Notes under the pieces: generated by a model
The model's input: the letters and a program-made list of their open reading frames with translations, nothing else
Told to the model about the DNA's origin: nothing
Database searches by the model: none
Source: an uncultured Porphyromonadaceae bacterium
Lineage (GTDB): Bacteria; Bacteroidota; Bacteroidia; Bacteroidales; Muribaculaceae
Direction: 5' to 3'
Assembly: GCA_947177635.1 (NCBI GenBank)
Contig: CAMWVQ010000004.1
Location: 14,481-78,480 of the forward strand
Length of the DNA stretch: 64,000 nt
In this document: piece after piece, positions 28,706-38,200 of the stretch
How the letters are laid out: each line of letters opens with the position of its first letter
How positions within the stretch are numbered: the first letter of the stretch is position 1
Program-made: the position numbers and the translations under genes

Positions 28706-29422
28706 TCAGAATTCTATTGTCGAGGAGGTGAGGGTCAGCAGGTCTATCGAGAACAGCCGTCCGTCGAGAGGCTCACCGAATCCGGCGAGCAGTTTCAGGG
28801 CCTCGGAAGCCTCGATGGCCCCGATTACCCCCGGGACAGCCCCGATTACTCCTGCGGTTTTCCGGGGCAACGCGCATAGCTCCTCCCGGTCGGGGTAGAG
28901 GTCGGTGTATCGTCTCTGCCTGTGGTGGTTCATCACTGCGACCTGTCCCCGGAATTCCCCGATTGAGCCGTAGACCCAAGGTTTCCCCAGCCTGTGGCAT
29001 ATGTCGTCGATGAGGTAACGGGTGGCGAAATTGTCGGTGCAGTCGACAAGCAAGTCATATCCGGAGGCAATCACTTGGCCGTTCTCCTCCGTCAGACCCT
29101 CAGGATAGAGGTCGAAACGGGTCACGGATGACTGTGACTGCAACCGCGTGGCTGCCTCCTCGACCTTCGGCAGGCCGAGTTGCGACTCAGTGTAAAGCAC
29201 CTGCCGCTGCAGGTTGGAGAGCGACACGATGTCAGGGTCACAGAGTCCGATACGGCCGACGCCCGCGCCGGTGAGGTAAGTGGCGACAGCAGCCCCGAGT
29301 CCTCCAAGTCCGACAATCAGCACGGATGAGGATAGCAGCCGGCGTTGCCCCTCCTCGCCGATTTCCCGGAGCATCGTCTGGCGGGAGTACCGCCTGAGGT
29401 CAATGTCATTCAGTTTCTCCAT
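28706..29422 (-). CDS. thiF: ThiF/MoeB family sulfur-carrier adenylyltransferase
   Basis: RYSRQ, GLGGLG, DPDIVSLSNLQRQ and DCTDNFATRYLI; thi operon context. Confidence 0.88.
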   Translation of the reverse strand: MEKLNDIDLRRYSRQTMLREIGEEGQRRLLSSSVLIVGLGGLGAAVATYLTGAGVGRIGLCDPDIVSLSNLQRQVLYTESQLGLPKVEEAATRLQSQSSVTRFDLYPEGLTEENGQVIASGYDLLVDCTDNFATRYLIDDICHRLGKPWVYGSIGEFRGQVAVMNHHRQRRYTDLYPDREELCALPRKTAGVIGAVPGVIGAIEASEALKLLAGFGEPLDGRLFSIDLLTLTSSTIEF

Positions 29423-29425
29423 GGC

Positions 29426-30535
29426 TCAGTCGAAAATCTTGTCCCAGTCTTTCCATACCGCCTCGTAGCCTCCGGCGCGGATGGCCGCCTCTACCTCCGA
29501 GGGGGTACGCTCGTCACTGACGGCAAATTGCTCCAGAGCCTGCGGATAGGTGTGGTAGCCTCCCGGGTCGGTCTTGCTTCCGGCGCTCATCGATGTCACC
29601 CCGAGCGATATCATGTTGTCGCGCAGCGCGGGCGACTCGCGGGTGGAGAATGAGATGTCGACATCATTGTCGAAGATTCGGAATGCGAAAGTAAGCTGGG
29701 CGAGTTCGCGGTCAGACATCACCACATTGGGCTGGAAACCGCTTTCCGACGGACGCATGCGGGGGAAATTGACGCTGAAACGGGTCTGCCAGTAACGCTT
29801 GCGCAGGTATTTGAGATGACGCGCCATCATAGTGACATCTGTGCGCCACTCCTCCAGCCCGATCAGCACCCCCATGCCGATTTTATGCACTCCGGCCTGA
29901 CCCATGCGGTCGTAACCGTTGAGACGCCATTCAAAGTTTGACTTCATACCTGCGGGATGATAGACCTTGTAACGCTCGCGGTGGTATGTCTCCTGGAAGC
30001 ATACCACCCCGTTCAGGCCGGAACGGGTCAGACGCAGGTAATCCTCAGACGGCAACGGCATCACCTCTATGGTGAGGTTGCTGAAGTAGGGGCGGCATAC
30101 CCGCAGGGCCTCCTCCAGATAGTCGGTGCCTGCCAGTTTGGGATGCTCACCGGTGACAATCAGCAGATTCTCGAAAGGCCCGAGACGACGTATGGCCTTG
30201 CATTCATCCTCAATCTGTTCCGGGGTCAGGACGACGCGCGGAAAGAGGTTGTGGCGGTTGAAGCCGCAGTAGACACACGAGTTGGTGCAGGCGTTGGTGA
30301 TATACAGTGGGATGTAAAGCGATATGGTCTTGCCGAACCGTTTCAGTGTAAGCTCACGGCTCATCCGCGCCATGGTCTCCAGGTATGGAGCGGCCGCCGG
30401 GGAAATCAACGCCATGAAGTCGTCGATTCCGGGATGCTTTCTCGACAGCGCGGTCTCGACATCGGCGGCGGTCTTAGACATTATCGCCGCCGTCGTCTCC
30501 TCCCAGTCGTAATTCTTTAGTTCTTCTGAAAACAT
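29426..30535 (-). CDS. thiH: 2-iminoacetate synthase (radical SAM tyrosine lyase)
   Basis: YIPLYITNACTNSCVYCGF (CxxxCxxC), FQETY, GMGVLIGLEEWR, LSTRES-like FSTRES and SAGSKT.PGGY. Confidence 0.94.
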   Translation of the reverse strand: MFSEELKNYDWEETTAAIMSKTAADVETALSRKHPGIDDFMALISPAAAPYLETMARMSRELTLKRFGKTISLYIPLYITNACTNSCVYCGFNRHNLFPRVVLTPEQIEDECKAIRRLGPFENLLIVTGEHPKLAGTDYLEEALRVCRPYFSNLTIEVMPLPSEDYLRLTRSGLNGVVCFQETYHRERYKVYHPAGMKSNFEWRLNGYDRMGQAGVHKIGMGVLIGLEEWRTDVTMMARHLKYLRKRYWQTRFSVNFPRMRPSESGFQPNVVMSDRELAQLTFAFRIFDNDVDISFSTRESPALRDNMISLGVTSMSAGSKTDPGGYHTYPQALEQFAVSDERTPSEVEAAIRAGGYEAVWKDWDKIFD

Positions 30536-30549
30536 GTATTGATGGTTTT

Positions 30550-31317
30550 TCAGTCAAGGAAAGATGTCAGGGGGCTGCTTGCGACAGCTATGCGGCTTCT
30601 CGCTCCCAGTCCGGCCTCGAACGCCTCGCGCCCCGCCTCTACTGCTTTGCCGAACGCATGCGCCATCGCGACGGGATCTCCGGCGACAGCTATGGCGGTG
30701 TTGACCAGCACGGCGTCTGCACCCATCTCCATGGCCTCGGCCGCATGGGATGGCGCGCCCAGTCCGGCATCAATAACCACAGGCACGCGGCTCTCTTCGA
30801 TGATGATTTCAATCAGGTCGCGGGTGACGATACCCTTGTTGGTGCCGATTGGCGCACCCAAGGGCATGACGGCGGCTGTCCCCGCCTCCTCAAGCAGCTT
30901 GCAGAGGACCGGGTCGGCCTGGATGTAGGGAAGCACCACGAACCCCAGCCGGGCCAGCTCCTCGGTGGCTTTAAGAGTCTCGACAGGGTCGGGCAGGAGG
31001 TATTTCGGGTCGGGATGTATTTCAAGTTTGATGAAATCTGTCTCAAACGCCTCGCGGGCGAGCTGGGCGGCGAGTACAGCCTCCTTGGCGTTGCGCACTC
31101 CCGACGTGTTGGGGAGCAGGCAGATATGGTCGGCCTTGATATGGGCCATCAGGTCGTCGGCCGGATTTGACATATCGACCCTTTTGAGGGCCACAGTGAC
31201 CATCTCCGTGCCTGACGCGATGATGGCCTCCTGCATGATTTTGTTTGACTGGAACTTTCCGGTTCCTACGAATAGGCGCGATGAGAACTCGCGGCCTCCG
31301 ATAATCAGTGGTTTCAT
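30550..31317 (-). CDS. thiG: Thiazole synthase
   Basis: Start 31317 (ATGA overlap with thiE). [44 protein letters not shown] and VLVNTAIA. Confidence 0.95.
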   Translation of the reverse strand: MKPLIIGGREFSSRLFVGTGKFQSNKIMQEAIIASGTEMVTVALKRVDMSNPADDLMAHIKADHICLLPNTSGVRNAKEAVLAAQLAREAFETDFIKLEIHPDPKYLLPDPVETLKATEELARLGFVVLPYIQADPVLCKLLEEAGTAAVMPLGAPIGTNKGIVTRDLIEIIIEESRVPVVIDAGLGAPSHAAEAMEMGADAVLVNTAIAVAGDPVAMAHAFGKAVEAGREAFEAGLGARSRIAVASSPLTSFLD

Positions 31318-31997
31318 ATGTGTGGGGTTGTAGGGTTCTCCAATCTCTTTATCCAAGCCGAGGTCTCCGATTGCGGCGAGACGGCGTTTAGTATCGCTCC
31401 GCTGACGGCGACACCCGCTGCGCCTGAGGCAAGTATGGCGGGGATGTCGCTGAGGGTGATTCCCCCGATTGCCACCACCGGGAGGGTGATTCCCTCGCGG
31501 CGGCATCCGGCCAGAATCGAGCGATAGCCTTCAAGTCCCAGCACCGGGCTGAGGTTTTTCTTAGTTGTGGTGAAGCGGAACGGCCCCAGACCGATGTAGT
31601 CGGCCCCACGACGCGCCGCGAGCCTTATGTCATCAATACCGTTGGCGGTCGAGCCGATAATCTTTTCAGAACCGAGGATTTGCCGTGCCTCCATCGGCGA
31701 CATGTCGTTTTTCCCGAGATGGACGCCGTCAGCCCCCGTCTCGGCTACGAGTTCAGTATGGTCGTCAAGGATGAAAGTCGCGTGGCCGTGTAGGTCGGCG
31801 AGACGGCGCAGTTTGCGCCCTGTCTCGACAATCTCCTCGGGGGTGGCATCCTTCATCCGGAGCTGCACCCATCTGCATCCGCCGCGCAGTGCGGCTTCCG
31901 CACCTTTGAGATGTTGCTCGGCGGAGCTGCCGTTGGTGATGAACTGAAGTCTGAATCCTCGTCGCGACAGTTCGGCAGGTGAGAATATGCTGTTCAT
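31314..31997 (-). CDS. thiE: Thiamine-phosphate synthase
   Basis: [39 protein letters not shown] and VVAIGGI. Confidence 0.92.
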   Translation of the reverse strand: MNSIFSPAELSRRGFRLQFITNGSSAEQHLKGAEAALRGGCRWVQLRMKDATPEEIVETGRKLRRLADLHGHATFILDDHTELVAETGADGVHLGKNDMSPMEARQILGSEKIIGSTANGIDDIRLAARRGADYIGLGPFRFTTTKKNLSPVLGLEGYRSILAGCRREGITLPVVAIGGITLSDIPAILASGAAGVAVSGAILNAVSPQSETSAWIKRLENPTTPHI

Positions 31998-32584
31998 TTC
32001 AATTTTCTTAGCCTGTTTATGAAATCATCAATCGAATCCGTTTCCCAGGCCGCGCCGAGAATCGCCGCCCCTTTGAATCCGAGCCGAGCAACCTCAGGCA
32101 GCCTTTCCGGGGTGATGCCGGAGAGGGGGATGATTCTCTCGGTCAGAAGCCCCTCTGAGGAGAGGGCCAGGCATTCCGCGTCGCCGATTACCCCTTTGTA
32201 TCCATTTTTGGATACGCTGTCAAACAGCGGGCTAAGGAAACAATAATCGACATTATCGGTAAGCAACGCCTTTTTCACCTCCTCGACGGAATGGCACGAC
32301 CGACTGACGAACCCCGGGAAACCACCATCGGGGGGTAAGGGATTGCGGCTGTTGAGATGGATGCCCCCCAGACCATATTCAGAGGCGAGACGGTGGTGGT
32401 CGTGGATGGATATGGCGGGGTAAAGCCGCTCGGGAATCCGCTCTATCAGGAGGCGCGTGTCAACCTCGGTCAGAGATGGTTTGCGCAGGTGGAGCCGGTC
32501 GACCACACCGCTTTCAAGCAACCGGCATATGGATGCGGTTTCCCCCTCGACAGCAACAGGGGATGTGATGATGATGATTCTCAT
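31994..32584 (-). CDS. Second ThiE/TenI-like TIM-barrel protein
   Basis: LHLRKP, ISIHDHH, GGIHLN, SCHSVEE and YCFLSPLFDSVSK.GY; divergent from canonical ThiE substrate motifs. Confidence 0.75.
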   Translation of the reverse strand: MRIIIITSPVAVEGETASICRLLESGVVDRLHLRKPSLTEVDTRLLIERIPERLYPAISIHDHHRLASEYGLGGIHLNSRNPLPPDGGFPGFVSRSCHSVEEVKKALLTDNVDYCFLSPLFDSVSKNGYKGVIGDAECLALSSEGLLTERIIPLSGITPERLPEVARLGFKGAAILGAAWETDSIDDFINRLRKLK

Positions 32585-32599
32585 TTATGGATTGGAGCA

Positions 32600-32800
32600 T
32601 TAACCGCCGCAGACGGCACTTATGACAGTTATCTCCATCCCGTCTGATAGGGGAGTGGCCGCCCAATCAGCACGTCTTACAACCTTGCCGTCTATCGCCA
32701 CGGCTATTCCCGGGCCTGTCACCCCTCGTTCCGTCAGCAGTTCTGCGAGTGAGAGTGGCTCGCTCACGGTTATCTCCTCCTTGTTGATTGAAATCTTCAT
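32600..32800 (-). CDS. thiS: Sulfur carrier protein ThiS
   Basis: 66 aa ubiquitin-like fold, GIAVAIDG.VV..W and C-terminal GG. Confidence 0.93.
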   Translation of the reverse strand: MKISINKEEITVSEPLSLAELLTERGVTGPGIAVAIDGKVVRRADWAATPLSDGMEITVISAVCGG

Positions 32801-32925
32801 GCAGGTATATAAAATTTACGTCAAAACTGTCGGGGATGACGGTCTTGACGGTAAATCAATCAGCATGCAAACTATTCGGAATACATACCGGCAAACCGAG
32901 AAAAAGGCAAGCGGTAAGATCGGAG

Positions 32926-33003
32926 ACAAGTCCTTCCGGCGGTACTGGCCGCGTCAAGTTCACAGGGTATAATCTCAGCCGTCAATAATGGCACCCCTCT
33001 TGT
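32926..33003 (-). ncRNA. TPP riboswitch aptamer
   Basis: Minus strand reads ACAAG-AGGGGTGC..GCTGAGATTATACCC..GAACTTGA-CGCGG-CCAGTA-CCGC-CGGAAGGA-CTTGT. P1 is ACAAG/CTTGT with the conserved UGAGA. Lies between the thi promoter and thiS. Confidence 0.92.
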
Positions 33004-33058
33004 GTCCGGGCAATTCTCCATAGGTAGTCTCTGAGACCTCCTGGAGCGTTGTCCGTTG

Positions 33059-33090
33059 CAAATTTAACAAACCTTTAGCAAACCGCCAAA
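33059..33090 (-). promoter_or_regulatory. sigmaA promoter of the thi operon
   Basis: TTTG-N20-TAAATTTG on the minus strand. Confidence 0.8.
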
Positions 33091-33174
33091 TAAATCTGAT
33101 TTCGGGATAAATGTTGTCTGTGTTGTGATTTGTGTAAAAAAACGACGAGTGTAACCAAAATGTAATTACAAATA

Positions 33175-33206
33175 TTTGCAAATTGAATTTAGATTCATTA
33201 ACTTTG
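33175..33206 (+). promoter_or_regulatory. sigmaA promoter of the tandem lipoprotein pair
   Basis: TTTG-N20-TAACTTTG. Confidence 0.75.
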
Positions 33207-33258
33207 CGGTGTGTGGTTGCAATCACCGCATCAGAATTCTTACCAAAATCAAACCAAA

Positions 33259-33813
33259 ATGAGACGAACAACAATCAGTAACCTCCGCCACTTGATTTAT
33301 TCGCTTTGTGGATGGAGTTTGTGCCTTCTCTGTGCCTCTTGTGAAGAGGATGGGCCTGGACCCGTTCCCAAAATGCCGTACAATGCCGGATGGGAGTCGC
33401 TCGAAGTGGATAGCGATGCCGGAGAGGTGTCTGTCGAACCGTTTTATGCAGCTAAGGGAGAGCAGATGCCAATTGTGTTCATAAGGGAGAATGAACTATT
33501 GCCGGAAGGTTGTTTCCAGATGTTCGAGAACCATACGCAGGATTGGAGCTTCGGGCTCAAAGGATTGGATGTTATGTCGTATTGTTCGGAGCTGGGATAT
33601 GACCAATATCCTGACTCACCCGACTTTTTTGTGGCGTATGAATGGGTGGAGGTGGCGAGCTTTCTGCCTGCCCCCGGTTCTTCCAGTAAGGTAGTGGTGA
33701 GATATGACGAAAACACCTCTTCTAAGCCGCGAGAGATGTTCATTCATTTTTACAATGGCAAATGGGGTTTCGTCAATGTACGTCAGGCGGGTGCTAAAGA
33801 GCAACAGTCATAA
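33259..33813 (+). CDS. Lipoprotein with BACON-like C-terminal motif (184 aa)
   Basis: Start 33259; lipobox LCASC-EED; C-terminus VVVRYDENTSSKPR..FVNVRQAG. Confidence 0.68.
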   Translation: MRRTTISNLRHLIYSLCGWSLCLLCASCEEDGPGPVPKMPYNAGWESLEVDSDAGEVSVEPFYAAKGEQMPIVFIRENELLPEGCFQMFENHTQDWSFGLKGLDVMSYCSELGYDQYPDSPDFFVAYEWVEVASFLPAPGSSSKVVVRYDENTSSKPREMFIHFYNGKWGFVNVRQAGAKEQQS

Positions 33814-33836
33814 TCAACTTGTAATCTCTAATAGAT

Positions 33837-34355
33837 ATGAAACAGAAACTAATATTTGGCGGCATGATGATGCTTGTGCTTGCGGGGTGCAGCAATGAGC
33901 CGGAACCGGAACCTATCCCTTGGCCCGATCCCAGCTATATACTTCCGAGAACAATCAACATGCCCGCAGAAGCCGGAACAGAAGATATCTTCTTTTATAG
34001 TCCGGAAGATGAAACGACTGTGCAGATTGCGCTTGTTGCGACTAAATACTGGCAGGTTGAGAGGGCTGACCAGTGGGAGTACTATGAGACCCTTGGCGAA
34101 GTGCTGCAAACTGAAACGGTGTATCGGTCGGCTGGATATGACAGCTGTCCCAATGATATAGACTTCAGTTATACTTTTGAATGGGCTACGGTTTCAGCCT
34201 ACAAGGAACCGGGTACGACTGACGGCACTCTGAGAATCTCCTGGGAGGAAAATCAGACCAGTCAATATCGTAATCTGTATGTCTATATAAAAGGCTCCCA
34301 CGAGAAAGTCGTTATGTTGACACAGGATGGGTCTCCGGAAAAGGCCGATTCCTGA
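33837..34355 (+). CDS. Lipoprotein with BACON-like C-terminal motif, paralogue of the upstream gene
   Basis: Lipobox VLAGC-SNE; C-terminus LRISWEENQTSQYR..VVMLTQDG. Confidence 0.7.
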   Translation: MKQKLIFGGMMMLVLAGCSNEPEPEPIPWPDPSYILPRTINMPAEAGTEDIFFYSPEDETTVQIALVATKYWQVERADQWEYYETLGEVLQTETVYRSAGYDSCPNDIDFSYTFEWATVSAYKEPGTTDGTLRISWEENQTSQYRNLYVYIKGSHEKVVMLTQDGSPEKADS

Positions 34356-34426
34356 AAACCGCAGAAAAAGTTTGGCCTGGAAAAGATCCGGCGTCCATCT
34401 GACCGAATCAAGTTCCATTTTGATAA

Positions 34427-34459
34427 AGCGAGTGGATGCGTTTGGCGCATCCGCTCGCT
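34427..34459 (+). terminator. Terminator-like hairpin after the lipoprotein pair
   Basis: AGCGAGTGGATGCG / CGCATCCGCTCGCT stem followed by GTTTCTGT. Confidence 0.55.
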
Positions 34460-34509
34460 GTTTCTGTGGCGTATGGAGATTGTTGAATTGCCGCAGAGGG
34501 TGTCATCGG

Positions 34510-34541
34510 TTTGTGATATAGAGGAGAAAAACGTAACTTTG
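34510..34541 (+). promoter_or_regulatory. sigmaA promoter of ruvA-sprA
   Basis: TTTG-N20-TAACTTTG. Confidence 0.78.
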
Positions 34542-34565
34542 CGTTGAAATTTTCAGACAGATGCT

Positions 34566-35183
34566 ATGATTGAATATCTCAGCGGCAAGGTTGCCGAGCT
34601 GACCCCCACCACCGCGGTGGTGGATGTCAACGGGGTCGGCTATGAACTAAATATAACCCTCACCACTTTCTCATCCCTGGAGCAGGCTGTCGGGGGGCAG
34701 CTCGGGGAGCGTCAGGCAGCCGGACAGGCCAAGCTGTTTGTCCATGAGGTGATACGCGAGGACTGCTGGACGCTTTACGGTTTCGCATCGAAACGGGAGC
34801 GCGAGCTGTTCCGCGAGCTGATAGGGGTCTCGGGGGTCGGAAGCGCGTCGGCGCGGATGATTCTGTCGTCGATTTCCCCCGCCGAGCTTGAGCAGGTGAT
34901 AACCTCGGGGGATGAGCGCAGGCTGAAGGCTGTGAAGGGTATAGGGGGGAAAACCGCCCAACGCATAATTGTGGACCTCCGTGACAAAATAAAACCGTCG
35001 GGGGATTCGTTATTAATTCAGCCGGGAACGCCGCAGTCGGATGTCTACGACGAGGCGTTGGCGGCCCTGGTGATGCTTGGTTTCGCAAAGCCGGCCAGCC
35101 AGAAAGTGCTTTCAAAGCTGTTCAGCCAGGAACCTACCCTGAAAGTGGAGCAGGCTATAAAGAAAGCCCTTACGATGCTTTAA
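34566..35183 (+). CDS. ruvA: Holliday junction branch migration protein RuvA
   Basis: MIEYLSGK..VVDVNGVGYE, LYGF..ERELF..LIGVSGVG, KGIGGKTAQRII.DL and C-terminal EAL.AL..LGF. Confidence 0.96.
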   Translation: MIEYLSGKVAELTPTTAVVDVNGVGYELNITLTTFSSLEQAVGGQLGERQAAGQAKLFVHEVIREDCWTLYGFASKRERELFRELIGVSGVGSASARMILSSISPAELEQVITSGDERRLKAVKGIGGKTAQRIIVDLRDKIKPSGDSLLIQPGTPQSDVYDEALAALVMLGFAKPASQKVLSKLFSQEPTLKVEQAIKKALTML

Positions 35184-35235
35184 CCTTAGGCCGGGGTGTC
35201 TCTTTCGCGCGGAGGAGACGCGCCGCTGTCAATAG

Positions 35236-38200
35236 TTGTTAGTTACGAGTCTGAGTCGCAAATCGATATACCGCAGGTCGCTATGGCTCCTCTGCACGTT
35301 GGCTGCAGTGGTTGTGTCAGCTGTGTTTGTCCTCGCCGAACCGCAAAGTCCGGCGGGAGCGGCTGGCGGCGCGTCGATTACCCCCCCTCCGCCATTCCCC
35401 GTGCTGCCTGAGCCGACCAATCGGAATGACTCGATAATGATGCCATTCCCGGTGCAGCAGACAGTGCCTGCCGGGTATGAGCAGCTGATGGAGGATCAGT
35501 TCGCCGCCGACCTCTCCACCCCCTCCAACATCGTGACCGTCCCGGAATATGACCCGGAGACGGGCTTCTATGTGATACGCACCAAGGTGGGCGACACAGA
35601 AATCACAACCCCCTTCATCCTCAACGAGAAACAGTATAACGACTGGCAGTTCCGCCGCCAGCTGCAGGAGTATTACCAGGAGCGCAACCAGGCCTTGGCT
35701 GAGAACAAAGACAAGCAGCCCTTCAATATCTTCGACATGAATTTCGCCTACGGGCCGCTGGAGAAAATCTTCGGCCCCGGAGGTGTGTCGCTCAAGACCC
35801 AGGGTTCGGTGCAGATAAAGATGGGCATCAACTCAAACAAGAGTGACAACCCCTCGCTCCCAATCAAGTCGCGCCGCAAGACCTATTTCGACTTCGACCA
35901 GAAGATACAGGCTACAATCGCCGCGTCGGTAGGTGACCGTATGAACTTCAACATGACCTACAACACCGACGCGACTTTCGATTTCGACTCGAAGAACATC
36001 AAGCTCGCCTATGAAGGGAAGGAGGATGACATCGTCAAGTCGATAGAGGCGGGAAATGTCTCGATGACCACCGGGTCGTCGCTTATCAGAGGGTCGACGG
36101 CCCTGTTCGGTGTGAAGTCGAAGCTGCAGTTCGGCAAGTTCACGGTGACAGCCCTGCTGTCGCAGCAGAATTCCGAGTCGAAGACCGTCAACACCAAGGG
36201 GGGCTCGCAGGCCACCGACTTCTCGGTCAACGCCGACCAGTATGACCAGAACCGCCACTTCTTCCTTGCCAATTACTTCTACCGCAACTATGACCAGTTC
36301 GCCGCCCGTCTGCCGCTGGTGGCATCGGGGGTGAACATCACCCGTGTGGAGGTATGGGTGACCAACAAGGGGGGCAAATATGAGCAGTCGCGCAACATCG
36401 TTGCTTTCGCCGACCTGGCCGAGGGTGACCCCGCCGGGCTTAACAATTCCTATTGGTCGGTGAATCCGTCTGTGCCTGTCCCCTGCAACCAGTCAAACAA
36501 CCTGCTTGACGTAATCAAGACCGAATACCCGGGAGCACGCTCGATAAACACCGTCACCCAGGCGCTCGAACCCCTCCGCGCTTTCGGAATCGAGGGTGGA
36601 CGCGACTATGAGAAGGTCGAGTCGGCCCGTCTGCTCAACTCTTCGGAATACACCCTCAACTCCACCCTGGGTTACATTTCGCTGAAGGCGCAGCTCAACT
36701 CAGACGATGTGCTCGGCGTGGCCTTCGAGTACACCTACAACGGCCAGGTCTACCAGGTCGGCGAGTTCTCGTCAGACATCACGACCACTTCGGAGTCGCT
36801 CTATGTGAAGATGCTGAAATCGACCACTGTCGACCCCAAGCTGCCGATATGGAGGCTGATGATGAAGAATGTCTATTCGCTGGGGGCATATCAGGTGCAG
36901 AAACAGAATTTCAAGCTCCAGATCAAATACCTCTCCGACACCACCGGTACGCTCATCAACTACCTGCCGATTCCCTCGATGTCAAACACCCCGCTGCTGC
37001 AGGTGATGAACCTTGACCGCATCGACTCCAACGAGCAGTCAAACCCCGACGGTTTCTTCGACTTCATCGAGGGTTACACGATTATCTCGTCAAACGGCAA
37101 GGTGATTTTCCCGGTGGCCGAGCCGTTCGGCGCCCACCTCGAGAAGAAAATCAATGACCCGGCGTTGGCTCAGAAGTATGTCTACAAGGAGCTGTATGAC
37201 TCCACGCTCGTCATCGCCCGCCAGTTCGCCGACAAGAACAAGTTCGTTCTGGCCGGTTCTTACCAGGCGTCGTCAGGTTCACAGATTCGACTGAACGCTA
37301 TGAATGTGCCACGCGGGTCGGTGATAGTGATGGCCGGAGGTGTGCAGCTGGTCGAGAACTCCGACTATACCGTCGACTATTCGATGGGTATCGTCACCAT
37401 CACCAACCAGAGCATCATAGACTCAGGGCAGAGCATTTCGGTGACCCTTGAGAACCAGTCGCTTTTCTCGACCCAGCGCAAGACCCTGCTGGGCCTTGAC
37501 ATGCAATATGCTTTCAGCAAGGATTTCAACATAGGCGCGACATTCCTCCATTTCTCGGAGAAAGCCCTGACGGAGAAGGTCAACATCGGCGACGAGGTAA
37601 TCAACAACTCGATGTTCGGCTTCAATGTCAACTACAACACGCGCTTCATGTGGCTGACCAACCTGCTCAACAAGATTCCGACTGTCAACGCCACCGCGCC
37701 GTCAACCCTCAGCCTCACCGCCGAATACGCGCTGCTGAAACCCCACGGCCAGAAGAGCGGCTCAAACACCGGCAGTTCTTATGTCGACGACTTCGAGTCG
37801 TCGCAGACCGGCATAGACCTGCGTTCGCCATACTCCTGGTTCCTCGCCTCGACCCCATACGACTCAGGCAAAGACGCCCTCTTCCCCGAGGCGGCTCTCT
37901 CCAACGATCCCGCCTACGGTATGAACCGCGCGTTGCTCAACTGGTATTACATCGACCGGATGTTCACCGACCGCAACTCCTCGCTCGCCCCGGGATATAT
38001 CCGCAACGACCTCGTGCAGCTCTCCAACCCGTATGTCCGCGAGGTCACCTCGCAGGAGATTTTCCCCGGACGCGAGCTTACCTACGGGGAGTCGGCGACG
38101 GTGCAGACCCTCAATCTTTCGTTCTATCCCACCGAGCGCGGCCCCTACAACCTCGATGCCTCAAACATCGACGAGGAGGGTTACCTGCTCAATCCCGAGA

